Source of the DNA: Rhodosorus marinus CCMP1338
Taxonomy: Eukaryota; Plantae; Rhodophyta
DNA length: 64,000 bases
Direction of reading: 5' to 3'
NCBI GenBank assembly: GCA_029953675.1
Contig: JAMWBK010000009.1
Span: 1,364,001 to 1,428,000 of the forward strand
The notes under the pieces are model-generated. The model was not told where the DNA came from, searched no databases, and was given only the letters and a program-made list of their open reading frames with translations. The position numbers and the translations under genes were made by a program. Positions 12,813 to 25,448 of the stretch are shown here, piece after piece (the stretch's first letter is position 1; every line of letters starts with the position of its first letter).

Positions 12813-15800
12813 CTAGGCCTGCTTGTTCAGGAGGAGTGTGTAGTTCCTCTCGAACCGACCTCCGTCACGGTTTCGGTCATCGCGCTGGTAGTCTCTCCCA
12901 TATCGTCCGCCCGACTGACCCTGGTAACGACCACGCCCTCCCCGGCCTGCATCCCGAAGAGCAAGGAATGCTTAGGCGTTGGAAACTATGCCAACTCAAA
13001 ACTGCAAGAGCAATTGCGTTTTGCTTACCTCTATTGTTCCTATCTCTGTTATTCCAATCTCGTCCATCATCACGCTCGTCGCCCCGCCCTGAAAGGCCGC
13101 CGGACCTGGCCTCAATAAGCTTCTCGTTGTGTTCCAACGTAGACAAACATTTCTGAGCAACGTTCACCCCAAGGCTTTGCAACCTCGTCGGCTCAGTGCG
13201 TCTAATGATAACCGAGGCTGTAGGTTGATCCCAGCTTGCTCGGAGCTCTTCATTGATAATCATCTTGCTGATGACCGAGTGGACCTACAGTCTCCAAAAT
13301 CATAACTTAGTTCGCAGTGCTTTTATCGCGAGCCGTGGCAGGCAAAAATGTCACAGCCATACCTTCGATGGTTCCAGCTCAAATGTGGCTGAAAGGCGCT
13401 CAGTACTCAACGAGTTGTAGAAGCTTGAATACGTGAGAACGAACGTTCTCATACCCTCCACCTTCACGAGATCCTTCACTTTCGTAAGAGTTGACTGCAT
13501 CGTCCCCGCTATAGTATGCCAGAGGTAATTAGCAAACTGGTTAGAGTCATAGTGAGCAAAAGGCGGCTCGCGTTGGCTGGAAGTCTTACCTTCTAAGCTC
13601 TGCCAAGCTCTAATTGATGCAATGATCTCGTACGCTTTCCTCCAGTCGCATGACATCAAGCATCTCGACGCGCTCATGACGTGATCACGCGTATTTTCTG
13701 CGGGTCCAGAGAAGGCTTGCTTCGCAGACGTTCTGAGATAATACTGAAAGGTTCGTGAAATCACCCTTCTCTTGTTTCCAGTGTCGCCACGCAATCTGGA
13801 CAGAGCAATATTCGGCAACTCTAGCAGCATTGCGGACACCAAATGCGCAGTGTCGATGAGGTCCAACGACAAATGCATATGATACGGAATTTGACGCTTC
13901 TTCTCGGCCCGTTCTTGTTCAGCTGTCTTGTCGTAGCCTCGAACTTGAATCATACCCTGCGCGAGCAGCTCTCGTAGTCTTATTGCACCTCCTCCAGATC
14001 CTGTGTAGGATGCTGTGCATAGTTCTTGCAGAGCCATGTGACACTCATACGGCATACCTAGCCGAAATGCGCATAGACCAATCTGTGGAAAAATCAACCA
14101 CAAATTCTAGCATGAGACAACGACACCTACCGATCGCAAAGGAAAGTAACGCTGAAACTAGGAGCGTCCTACCTGGGCCATTGTCCTGTTGAAAAGGACC
14201 TGCAGAGAAATGTCCAACATGTGTATGGATTCCTGAAGATGACTCAGCAAAAGCATGTCCCGAGCCTCGTAATAACGATTGCCGAGGGCGTGGTTATAGA
14301 TGTGGCAAAGCATGGTCTGGCTCTTGGCTCGTTCTTCCCCGTAGCGGTACACGAGCACAGCCAGCTCCTGAAGTGACTTCTCCGGAAGGCCTGGTTCGTC
14401 CGAAGAGGCCTTGTTCAGCTCTTTGATTTGCTGAAGAAGTTCGTCCGACTTGTAATAAATATGAAGAATGCGCCGGGAAGCGATTCTGGCAGCTCTTGAT
14501 CTGTCATCAAGCATAGACTCGAAGAAGTCCTGCGCATCCGCCATAAGATCAAGAAGCGGTCGTTCGTCCTTCAAAAGCTCGACATATGCTTGCCCATAAG
14601 CGTCCGTATCCTGCCAGGCTCTGAACAGCTCATCATCTAGCCCTTCCACGAGAGTGGCAAGGTCCCCGCGAAGCTTCATGCTCGCGTTTTCTGCCCCGTC
14701 AGCGGTTTGTTTTGCTTCGGTTTTCTTGATTAAATTTTCTTCTTCCTCGTCCTCATCACCGATAATAAGCTAATTAAAGAAAGCCACAACAGCGGAAAAA
14801 AATTATATTCAGCACCTTGTCGCAGAAATGAGGGGGGGCGTGGAATCTTTTGGCGTTACCGTTTGGGCCTTCTCCATGAGAAGCACCTCCGCTTCACCAG
14901 CCTCTTCATATTCAATTGTAGTGGGGTTCTCCCTGGAAATCTTTAGAAGTTCTCTCATATTGCTAACCGCATCCCTCCACGCACTTGGGAGCATGTGCGC
15001 CGTCCCAGGGGCCATAATGTCGAACTGTGCTGAGATCACAGCGAGAAGGATCTCCGCCTTCTGCTTCGCAGACTTCGCTCCAGCGAGAAGCTCCTTAATA
15101 TGATTTACGTGCTCCTCCTTGTCTGTCCCTTTCCTTCCCCTGGTAGCCAGAACCTCGCGGAGCCTGACGTTCAGTTGGTCCTCGTTCATCTCCTCTAGCG
15201 TGAGCTCGGTCTTTGCTGCTTTCTCCTCTGCTGTTCATTGCAATAAAAAAGATTACGGTGACTTAGCGGGTGAGACACTCAAACACGCTGAACACTTGTC
15301 AGTGTCCTGACCTGCTTCGAAACCATCATTATCATCATCCGCATCGGCACCCTTGGGTCTTGATCCATCCGCTGAATACGGAAACAAAGACAGGAGCCAA
15401 AACTATGATTAGAAACAACACACCTTCCACGCAGTATACGAGCGCGATGTCCATCGCATCGATCTTCTTTTGGGGAAAGTTTAGTTTACCTTCCTCTAAA
15501 GGCATTATAACATCGTCATCATCGAGGCTCCGCTCTTCATCCCTGAATTTTTGCATCGCCGGCTCATGCTCTTTGAAATCCTTTCGTGTACGCTGTTTCA
15601 CAGCGTTGAACGCCTTCGTATTGGTCTTCGAGAGTTTAAGGGAAGCTTTGTTGTCCTTTGTCTTGGTCAAGAAATCTTGAATGATCACAAGAGATCCAAT
15701 GAATACGTCCGGTACCTGAACCAATCCAAAAAAAACACAGTCAGTAAACCAAGGCCGCCTTCCTCAGTACTCTACGGCATTTCGTTGTTTTCCAAAAGAA

Positions 15801-16258
15801 ATGTACCGTCGGCTTCTTGCGGGAAACAATATCACGCTTCATGTGTTTCTCCAGCTGGAGGTTGAGATTCTCATAGTCCGTAAGGATACTGATCCAATCG
15901 TTAATCTTCATGTGGTTCCGCAGCTTGTGAGAGGTATCCACCATGGCCTCGAAACGCTTAACCTTCCCTGATTTGATCTCGCGTTTCTCATCTTCTTCCT
16001 CAGAATCGGAACCGACGAGAAAGCGAGATCGATCTCCTGGCCCGGCATCGCTATCGTCGTCGGAATCGGATTCCTCGAATTCTTCATCACCTAAATGACC
16101 GAAGACAAGAAGAAGAAACATTTCGTAAGCATATCTGGTCAAAAGAAATGCCCGGCGATCGCTGAAGTCAGGAACCTACTCCTCTCACTCTCCTCTTCGG
16201 AACTCTCCTCCGAACTCGCCGAGCCATAGAACCTCGATTGGGCTCGAACGCGACTCAT
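12813..16258 (-). CDS. EIF3C: Eukaryotic translation initiation factor 3 subunit C, multi-exon
   Basis: MSR..SRFYGS acidic start; KSGKVKRFEAM; INDWISILTDYENLN; LATRGRKGTDK; MLCHIYNHALGNRYYEARDMLLLSHLQESI; QRQIPY-type HMHLSLDLID; PAENTRDHVM; PCI region ending SWDQPT; RG-rich C-terminal exon. Confidence 0.93.
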
Positions 16259-17290
16259 GATGACCTAAATTTGTAAATTTGTAATCCGAACTCAAAAAAT
16301 CCGTAGATCAAATATCTACTTGTGTCTCTCGTTCCTCAATATACCCAAAAAGAAATCATGCTACTTCCTACACGCATCTTCCCCAAGGTCAGCCTTATCC
16401 AATTCGTCCTCCTCGACAATGGCAACAAGCCCAAGCCCTGTGACGGACGACACTTTGACAAATCCTCGAAAACCTGAAGAATTCCCATATATACAGTAAA
16501 ACTAAGCAAAAACAATATTACTTTTTTGGAAAATCCGTAGGATGGGGTAAAAAGCCGAAAATCGCGAGAACGTATTGATAGATTTTACCAGCCCGGCAGA
16601 TGCTCTTCTTTAGTTGGGTAAAAACTACTAAATTATCGTTAAGTTAGGCTTTCACAAAATTCCTAGGCCCAACTCTCTTTGTATTTGGGAAGGGACTGGT
16701 ATGATAACCCCCCCCCCCTTAGAGTTAATGCTTCTGGACATCAGAACTGAGTTTTTTTAGAAATTGAGCGTTCCTGGACGCCGGCGAAAAAAAAACGTTC
16801 AAGGGCAAGAATCTTATATATAGAAATATTATTTTCTAGAATAGCCTTTTTGGACGACTTATAGGTACAGTTTTTAGGCTTTTTCGGCACGAATCTCTAT
16901 TTAACAAAATATTTTGAATCAAATGTACCCATAGATCTGGAGAGAGATACTTAATTCTGGACCAAGAACAGCGCCAGATATATTTATTTAATATACGAAT
17001 ACAGTAATAGCAATCTTTAAAGCGCCAATATTGACTGAATTGTTGAAATGCCTTACTGAGCGGTATTTCCTTGTTTCCCGCGAAACTCATGTGCTTTGGG
17101 AACATTCGCCAGTCCAATCTCTTGTGCTGGCCAACAGAATTTTAACTGAGAATCTTGTACTGGCGGTGATTAGCATTCACAGCTGGATAGGGGCAGAATG
17201 GAGTGAAAACGGATGCCTAGGACGTAGTGGTTGGCACTGGCTGGGTTTGGGAGGAGGTGGAGAGAACATCTTTCCACAAATGTTGTGATC

Positions 17291-19802
17291 ATGGATGGAG
17301 GTGAACTAACACAGGTGCTTGTTGAGTTTGGGGAGGACTTATGTCGAAGCGGTCGGGTTAGATCTGCGGCACTTGCTTTCGAGGCCAGTTTGAAGACTGA
17401 TGAGGCCTTACGGATGTCTCCCAGAGCTCAGGCACGGATAAGGTTGAGAGCTGCAGATTACATGCTCAAGTTTTGCTCTGTCGACGGTATGAATACGCTC
17501 AAGATTCTTTTGTTTTCCGTTTTGTGTATTCTAATTCGAATGGGCGTTCGTAGATGTGAGCCTGGGGCGAATAGCGCACAATTTGGAAAAAGCTGAGATT
17601 CTTGTCAACGGACTAGAACATTCATTGGCAAAGGACTGGCTGATCCTTAAGGGCCTTCAAGTCCAGACGTATAGTCGATTGCAACTACATGGCAAAGGAA
17701 TGCGTGCCACAACCGATGCCTTGACGGGGCTGAACGTAATCAGCTCTGCCATAGGTCCTTCGGAAGCGAGGAAATGGATTTTCTACTTTCGATTCAAAGC
17801 TGTGGAACTGTCCAGAGATTCAGGGGATTATAAAGTATGCTATTCCAGTACTATTCATGTTGTCATGTTTGTGAATCTCACATGTTCCTCGTGCTCCATT
17901 GCTAGGGTGCGCGAAAGTTCATTGAGGAGAACATTGCAGCGGCACGGACTTTGAAAGATACTGTCCTCTTGGCTGCGTGCTTGCTGGTGAGAGCGCAGTA
18001 CTGCATGGGGATTACCCCCATGGAGGAGGATGAAGTACTTGAAGGTCTTCGTGAGGTGGACCTGGTCTTACGCGGTCTAGCCAAACAGCCAGGCGACGAT
18101 GCAAGGAATCCTGCAACCCAGATGCTGCGATCTTGCGCCGATGTTTTACGGTGAGTTGGGCAGCGCATGTCGTTGTCAGGGCGTCCTCCGCTTACGAGAT
18201 TTGTGCATTAGTGTTCTTCGTGCAGGACTTTCATGGATATTCGCCTGGGTCAGCTTGCTGGGGTGGACAGGCGATTACGACGGATAGTTGAAAACGCTCG
18301 CATTCTCGGGGATCACCAAGCTGAACCAACTTGGCAATGGCTACCGTCGCATGTGATATATTATATTGCGTCCCATTTTAAATACTTGACGGGAGCTGCG
18401 GTAAGGAGAACCCCGCCACTGTCACTGAGAGTCGAGATGTCTCTGTCCTTAAACAATTTTCTACGAACTTTTCCAGAGCGAATCCAATGAGAGATCCTCC
18501 GCCCTGGATCCATTGCCGAAGGAACTGTTGACGCAGGACTTTGAAATCGACAATGTGCAGAAACTATTTCAGCCTATGGGTGAAGGCAGAGATGATGATG
18601 AATACTTTCATTTGTCGCCGAGGGCCCTTACAAGTCTGGCGGCGATGCTTTTGGAAGGCAGGGCCCGGTGAGTTTGCCGTTCTGTGTCGTTGTGGATCAA
18701 AACTCATGAAAGCTGAGAAGCAACTTCTGTACGAACTATTCGCAACTAGGTTTCACCTTAGCAAGTGCAACTTCGCTAAAGCTGAGGATTGCATCGGCGC
18801 CGTTGAGAACGTCGTTCATGAAGGCTTCGCGGAAGTACCATCGACACTGCACCAACTGAAAGGTCAGATTTGATGAACCTTCGCGAACGACGCTTGAAGA
18901 CGGTGTACGGTTTTTGTTCTGAATCTAGATTCCTGCTCACAGGTGAACTGGCTGCGCTCGGGGGAGGCTTGTCAGACAAAGCTCGGAATGCTTTCTTGCA
19001 AGCAAAGAACTTGAGTGGAGAGAGCTCTGATGTAAGAATGCTCGCAGACGCCTATTTAGCGCTTTTCCGCAAAAACGCCAGTGATAATATTAGGTTCGAG
19101 AGGACGCGAGGAACCGAGTCCGGCGTCGAATCGCAAAGGGAGAGGAATCCTCTAGTTAAGGTTTGTCATCCAAGATTGAGCTGCCCGGACCACTTCACGT
19201 TGAAGTACCGCTGAATATCGTTCTGATCTATTCCGCAGGCAACGGCGAGCCTACTGCACGCTGCCGGGTGTCTGCACAGAGGGTTTCAAGAATCTGCGCA
19301 GACTAGAAAAGCTTTAAGGGAATGTCTGAGCCTCATCTGCTTCGAATGCAAGGGCGCACTCTCTTATCAAAGCAAACAGGTGAGTTTCTCAGCGGGGCGC
19401 CATGGGATAGGGCGGGAGCTCTTACTGGTAAACATCTTGTGGAATTCAGATATCTTCGAATGCACTTTGGCTCCTCAGTCAATTCTATCTTTGCTTGATT
19501 GGGAACACTTCGGAATCCCAAAACTGGACAAGGACAGCAATCGAGATGAGTCGAGAAACCCAAGATCTGCACTCCGAGCAAAAGACCGTTCAACTGAAAA
19601 TGGTAGGACTGTCCTCATGTCTGGATGTACACGGAGCATCTCTTGACAGACTCTAACGATCTGCTCTTGATAGGACCTTCACAAGAGAGCAAGGGAACTG
19701 GACGCGTACGAGCAGGCGAGAAAGCAGAAAGAACTTGTCGAGGTGGAATACAAGAGGAGGAGAAAAGAGGCATATTGATATCTATTCCGCAATCTCTGTA
19801 AA
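17291..19802 (+). CDS. MAU2/Scc4-like cohesin loader (TPR/helical), multi-exon
   Basis: The N-terminus LVEFGEDL.RSGRVRSAALAFEASL..MSPRAQARIRLRAADYML...AHNLEKAEIL resembles the MAU2 N-terminal signature, followed by long helical TPR-like exons. Confidence 0.6.
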
Positions 19803-19834
19803 AACTGTACATATTGCATTTGTTAAATCATCAA

Positions 19835-22308
19835 TCATGTGGCAACTGACTTCGAAGCGAGCGTCCTCTCCATGGTCTCAACCCATGAACTCAATTTCTC
19901 GTTGAAGATCTCAGGCACTTCGTCGTGCGGGCAATGGCCTGCATTGAGAAGAGTAACTTGGGCCTGCAAAAAGGGGCGGCCATAAGGTTCAGAAGAAGGA
20001 ACATTTGCAGACCATGGAACTTCGCGATCTCAATGAGCTTACCTCTGGATAGACAACTCCAATATTCCTTGCGCGAGCGCTTGCGTCATTCAGAGGGTCT
20101 TTCGAACCGGTCAGCACTAGCAATGGTCCCGTATAACCTTTGAACAAGTCAATCAAGGTTCTTCTCGAGGGTAACCTTCTCCCAGATTCCAGAACATATG
20201 CTGCGCCAGGGTCAGTTGAGTCCCTATAGATATCTTTCACGAGCCTGAAGTATAGTTTTCGAATATCAGGCGACTGGTATTCACAATCGCTGCCGTTTAA
20301 CAACTACTTACTCGTTAGTGACTTCCTCTGGGCTAGTTGGGTACAACTTAACTAGGATGCTCCGGATTTGCGACTGCAGTAGGAAGATTGCTCCCTTGGA
20401 AACATTTACAACAACCTCGTTCCGGCTGAGACGTTCTTGACTCATACCTTCATCAGGAGCGGATTCTCTACAAGTTGGAGATCAAGCGTTCCACTGTAAG
20501 AGGTCTCTACGCTCATTTCACTGGAAAGGCCGGGGCCGGGGGAAGTGAAAACAAAAATCCTTACCCAAGGCTTCCCGCACTATTCACAAGGACTGCGCCC
20601 TTGCAAAGACTTGGATAGTGATCTGCAACAAACGACATGGACATGTATCCTCCAATCGAATTTCCCACGACGTAAACTGGTTCTCGAACGACGTCTCTGA
20701 CGAAATCAGCGATCTGGGCTTCCCAAAGATGCTGCGTATAGTGCGTTGCGGGCTTCTCAGACCTGATGGGGTCGAGGGCAAGTTAGATGAAATCGAGGTT
20801 CCGATTCCTGGAATTGCCACAGTGTATGATACCTGCCAAAGCCAATCAAATCAAGAGCGAACAGCTTCAAATTTGCTCCTCTCAAGCCCGTCAAGTTCTT
20901 GACAAAGTGCTGTGAGCTGGCTCCGAATCCGTGAACGAAGAGGATCGCAGGTGCATCTGGACTTGACAGGGCGCCCATGGAGCGGAATCGAACTAAACAT
21001 CCTCTCCACAGCCAGTACCTATAGTCCTCAGCAGGCATTCCCAGTAAGTACTGGACAACTAAATATGAGGAACGGAAGCGACTGCGCGGGCTTACTTCCA
21101 ATCAGTCTTTGAATTGAGTGTATCTCCCAACGCCATCCGCCGATGCCAGTCCTTTGCTCTTGCTTTCTCTCCAGCACCCGCAAAGCTCAATTGCGCCATT
21201 GAAACACACCCATAGTTCAGCGGCCGTCGCAGCGTCCTGTCCAGATGACGTGTGAATTCGATTGGAGGGTGTTGGAGGTCTCAAATCATATCCAGTTCAT
21301 GAGCGTACCTGAACAGATCCTTGTTCTCCTTGGTCATTGATTTCAGGCAGACGTCTGGATCCGAAAGTAGCTCCCGCGCGGTGAATGATAACAGGCCGTT
21401 GGTGTTTTCATCATCGGCTTTCTCCATTTCTTCAAGATAGGTGGATGTGAAGACATCTTTTGCATACTCTGACACTGTTACGTCGCCAAGCTTTTCCACC
21501 ATAGAGCCCACGTCCGGTGGTGATGGAAGGGTGGTCGGTGCTGGACTTGGCCGAGGGGTTCCCAGCGAAATCGACTTTAAACCTGCGCCGGATATCAAGA
21601 ATCCAAAAACCACGACATTTGTTTTTTCGCCGCGTTAGAAACCACTTTTGCTGCACCTTTTTCAGGGTCTAGCTGCTCGTGCTAAGGTCGCGTACCCTTC
21701 CAACGTGAATAATGTGACTCTGGATGGGGCATTGAGTCATCTCCAAGGATAGTCTCGTCGACAACATTGACTTGTCCCTCAAAATTGGAAAGAATCATGT
21801 CGTAATTACGTTGCCAGCCATGTTCCGCTGACCTCGTGGCATAGAGTGCGTCCGCCTTAATCTCGCTCGCGAACTTGGTAACCTGTGCAGCAGGGACCAT
21901 CAACAAAGTAAGAATACTAGGTCTGCGCGAGCTTTTGAAAAGAATATCTCGCGCTACCTCTTCACCCGCAATGCCAGACCTCACGAACAGATTTGAGCCC
22001 CTGCTAACCAACTCCTCGCGCAATGCCTCCAGGGCATCGTTCAGGAACAACAGGTCCGCAGGAGGTGAGCCCAGAAGAAGCGGATCTTGTACAAAAAGGA
22101 CCGCCAAGCGATCTTCATTCTGAGCAGCTCGAATTGCCGCCTGATCTTCAATCCGGATATCTCTGTACACCCAAACCAGACCCACATTCCTTCGAACTCT
22201 GCATCGATTTCGAAAGCCAGACGGACCAGCACCTACCCCTAGCGCAAGGGCAAAGCCAGTGGGTCTCCACTCTCCAAGAACACCTGTTTTTTCTGCGTAC
22301 GTTATCAT
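19835..22308 (-). CDS. Photolyase/cryptochrome-like N-terminal domain fused to an alpha/beta hydrolase (At4g25290-like architecture), probably plastid-targeted
   Basis: VWVYRDIRIEDQAAI...FLNDALEALREELVSRGSNLFVRSG (photolyase alpha/beta domain); ILFVHGFGASSQHF...FALDLIGFG; LLVLTGSKDPL; last exon LLNAGHCPHDEVPE. Confidence 0.8.
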
Positions 22309-22546
22309 CGCACGTATTCTCTTCCAACAAGGCCTCGAGACCCCTTCTCCTTCAGCTAGCCCGTCCCCAAAAGCTATGCGATCCTCTTCTCATGCCAATC
22401 ATCCCAAAAACCTCCAAAAAATAAATATCATCTTATTGATTAAATTACATGTTAATCTTAGGTACTTTAAGATCAATCACAATTTCTTCATTTATTGAAT
22501 ACTAAGCGATCCTGAAAAGCCAATGGGTTTCTCTGAAATTTGAGAG

Positions 22547-22972
22547 ATGTCCAATAATAGTTGATGAACATCTATACAAATCGATTCATTCCTTTTTCTA
22601 ACCGATACGATAGGGCTGCGTGTTTTGGTGTGCTCAATGAGTGTGGCTCTTCGGCATGAGCTTCGCAACGCTGTATTGTTTGATCCCTCAGTTCTCATCA
22701 ACGGTGAGACCAGCGTCTCAATTTGAATTGCGTGGTTCATAAGTGTCAGGCTCTTCCGATGGCGCTTTAGAGGTCGCGAGGTAAACCGGTATCCGTTAGT
22801 AGTTTTGCTCCACACTCCACCGGAGAATTTTCCTTTCGACGGGAGGATGGAAACATCAACGCAGCCGTTTGTGAATTTCGACAGATTAGCATACTTTTCA
22901 ACCAAAAAACATGCATCTTTGCGTGTCATCAAGGTTGATGTGCTCAGCCATTTTCCGAGGAAAGTCGACTGA
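22547..22972 (+). CDS. Candidate small spliced orphan gene, antisense to the listed 146-aa ORF
   Basis: A branch point plus acceptor (ctaac...gatag) and donors gtgaga and gtaaac on the + strand can be threaded into about 90 aa. Confidence 0.25.
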
Positions 22973-22973
22973 T

Positions 22974-25211
22974 CTAGGAGATCAGTGGTAGCAGCTCTGT
23001 TGAATGCCGCTCGAAGGATTCTAGGATGTCATCCATGGGTTGCATGTTGGCCTTCCGGAGCTTCTTCTCTATGACCTTTGCTGGGACGAACTTGAGTATC
23101 GCATTTCGTGCTTGAATGCCGAGCACGTCCGAGAGGTGAGCTATTTTCATCTGGGTCCGCGCTTCGCCCGCAATTCCATTAGCGATTCGCTTTCTCCTGA
23201 ACTCGTAGTCATACAGTGCTTGACTGTAGCCATCGTGAGCGTTGAAGTTTTCCCTTAGATAGACGCCGAGAGTTATGGCATCATCGATTGCCAGGCAGGC
23301 CCCTTGTGCGGAGTTTGGTGTAACAGGATGTGCCGCGTCACCAAGCAGCACTACCGGGCCTCGACTCCAGTATTTCAGCGTCTTTGAGTCTTCGATGGAG
23401 TGTATGTATCGCTTGGACTTGTCCGTAATCCTATAGAGGTTTTGCAACATGTCTGGCCACGACTTAATGTGAGCTTCCTGTTCTTCAGTGCTCAATTCGC
23501 GAGCCGGGGTTTTGCACCTCTGCTTGACAAAGAAGTACCCAACGGACCTGTCCTTCTGCAGATACCCTACGGAATACCGCATACTGCCGGCCATTTTGAG
23601 CTGCATGTCGCCCTCATTTAGAGAAGCATCCAGTTCGGTACCGCCAAGAGATTGAATTGGAAATGTGCCACGATAACACACCTCCCCACGGAACTCTATC
23701 CTGGCTTCCTCGGAAACGAACTTCCGACCGACAGAGTAGGCTCCATCGGCGCTGATCAACAGCGGAGCCGTCATGGTATTCTGGATTCCCTCGCTCATAA
23801 GCCTTAACTCTACCCCGCTTTTTTTCAGCTCAACTGACGTGAGGGTGGTGCTGTACATAATTTTCTCCCGCGGAATCAGCTTGCTGATTGCCTTCATGAG
23901 CGGAGCCCTCGCCACGAGCAGGAATCCTTCGCCAGATCCATCGACGACATCATCCAGGTTGACTAGCTTGAGCTCTTCGTCTGTATCTGCAATCTTCATT
24001 CGCATCCGGGATACCCGATAAGCATTTTCCCACAGACTGTCCGCGACGCCTAGGGTCTTCAGTGTTTTGATTGCGGACGGCCATAGGCCGAGATCTGCTC
24101 CATTATCTACGAAACCCTTGTCTCGCTTCTCTAGAACCAGATACGGAAGTCCAAGCTTCTCCAGGCAAGCTGCCATAGCCAACCCACCAACGCCACCACC
24201 GCAAATCACAATTCTCTTCTCCTCAGCTTTCCAATTCGCGATCTTCGCGGAGAGGTCGCCATCCGCTTCCGTTTCTCTTCTTCTCCGTAGAGACAGGGTA
24301 TAAGCCGCGCCATAGACAAGCAACAGAAGCAGGCCCAGGAGGCTCCACTTGAACTCGAAAATGCTCATTAACAACAAGGCCAACAGGCTGACTAGCTGGA
24401 GCAAACGCAGCTTGTCTGGCTGACCTCTTGCCCACAGGAGTATGGCCAAAGGAGCGCTCGAAAGAATGGCAAAGGCTGCATAAATAGGCTCCTTCGAATC
24501 GAGCATGCCTAAAATCAGGGCGAGGATGTAACCAGCGGAAACTGACAAAATTGATAATCTAAAACTCGATACTTTTCCTAGCACAACGGGCAACGTTCTT
24601 CTGCCTGTCATCCAGTCGCTCCGTTGAGAAGACATCTCCCAGGCGACGATTCCACCGAATTGGATCAGTGCCATCACGGGAAGTACTAGTCCGTGGCGAG
24701 GTCCGAGCAGTCCTACATGATTCGGTTGAAGCACGCTGCCCAACAGCATCACCAACCCCGTCTTGACCACAGTAACTATCTCCACAAACGGGCCCCTGCT
24801 AACCAGCAGCGGTGGACAAGATACCTGATTTCCCAGAATCAGAATCATTAAAACCAAGGTCTTGTTGCTCGATTTAACAAATGAGACCGCACCGAACGCT
24901 GCGAATACCAGCGCACCCCATCCTACGACCTTCAACGCCTGGAGGGACTCATACCCGTCTTCCCTTTCATTAACACTAAGTCCCAACCTGCTCAGATTCT
25001 TATTAAAAACCCGCTCCAACAATGCGTTGCTCAATTCACCAAGTAGAAGGATCACAAATCCTTGTAGAAATACGCCCGCCCAGACCGTTCCCCCATTCAG
25101 CCCTGCACCAACGCAGTACGGAAGTACGCATGCAAGCAGCACCTTCTGATCTACGATTTCACTGCTCAAATTCTCCGATCGTCTGATTATAGACGAAAGC
25201 AAGGATTCCAT
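22974..25211 (-). CDS. Intronless fusion: MenA/UBIAD1-like (UbiA superfamily) multi-TM domain plus FAD-dependent monooxygenase
   Basis: N-half: VLPYCVGAG, VSCPPL..RGPFVE, SDWMTGRRTLPVVLG and about 8-9 hydrophobic segments. C-half: GGGVGG (FAD-binding), ISADGAYSVGR (DG motif), LLGDAAHPVTPNSAQGACLAIDDA (GD motif). Confidence 0.85.
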   Translation of the reverse strand: MESLLSSIIRRSENLSSEIVDQKVLLACVLPYCVGAGLNGGTVWAGVFLQGFVILLLGELSNALLERVFNKNLSRLGLSVNEREDGYESLQALKVVGWGALVFAAFGAVSFVKSSNKTLVLMILILGNQVSCPPLLVSRGPFVEIVTVVKTGLVMLLGSVLQPNHVGLLGPRHGLVLPVMALIQFGGIVAWEMSSQRSDWMTGRRTLPVVLGKVSSFRLSILSVSAGYILALILGMLDSKEPIYAAFAILSSAPLAILLWARGQPDKLRLLQLVSLLALLLMSIFEFKWSLLGLLLLLVYGAAYTLSLRRRRETEADGDLSAKIANWKAEEKRIVICGGGVGGLAMAACLEKLGLPYLVLEKRDKGFVDNGADLGLWPSAIKTLKTLGVADSLWENAYRVSRMRMKIADTDEELKLVNLDDVVDGSGEGFLLVARAPLMKAISKLIPREKIMYSTTLTSVELKKSGVELRLMSEGIQNTMTAPLLISADGAYSVGRKFVSEEARIEFRGEVCYRGTFPIQSLGGTELDASLNEGDMQLKMAGSMRYSVGYLQKDRSVGYFFVKQRCKTPARELSTEEQEAHIKSWPDMLQNLYRITDKSKRYIHSIEDSKTLKYWSRGPVVLLGDAAHPVTPNSAQGACLAIDDAITLGVYLRENFNAHDGYSQALYDYEFRRKRIANGIAGEARTQMKIAHLSDVLGIQARNAILKFVPAKVIEKKLRKANMQPMDDILESFERHSTELLPLIS

Positions 25212-25448
25212 TCTTACCAGAAAAATTCAAACTGCAGAATGAGAGGTTAGCTCACGTCATCCCCAAGGTGCCAAAGTAGCAAACTCCCACTCCGGTGCTT
25301 CACCAACGTGATCCTTTGGTCCGGTCAGTGAGTGGGACATTGAGAATTCTTCGATTCGGGTTCAAGCCAACAAAAAGAACCATTTTTTTTATGTGGTTTC
25401 ATTGACTGGACTTAGGCTAAAGTCAAGGGTTCCATACAGAGAAAGGGT

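Noticed and set aside
22492-22932. 146-aa minus-strand ORF as a gene
   Set aside because: No recognisable motif, it begins only about 40 bp after an upstream same-strand stop, and splice signals favour the opposite strand.
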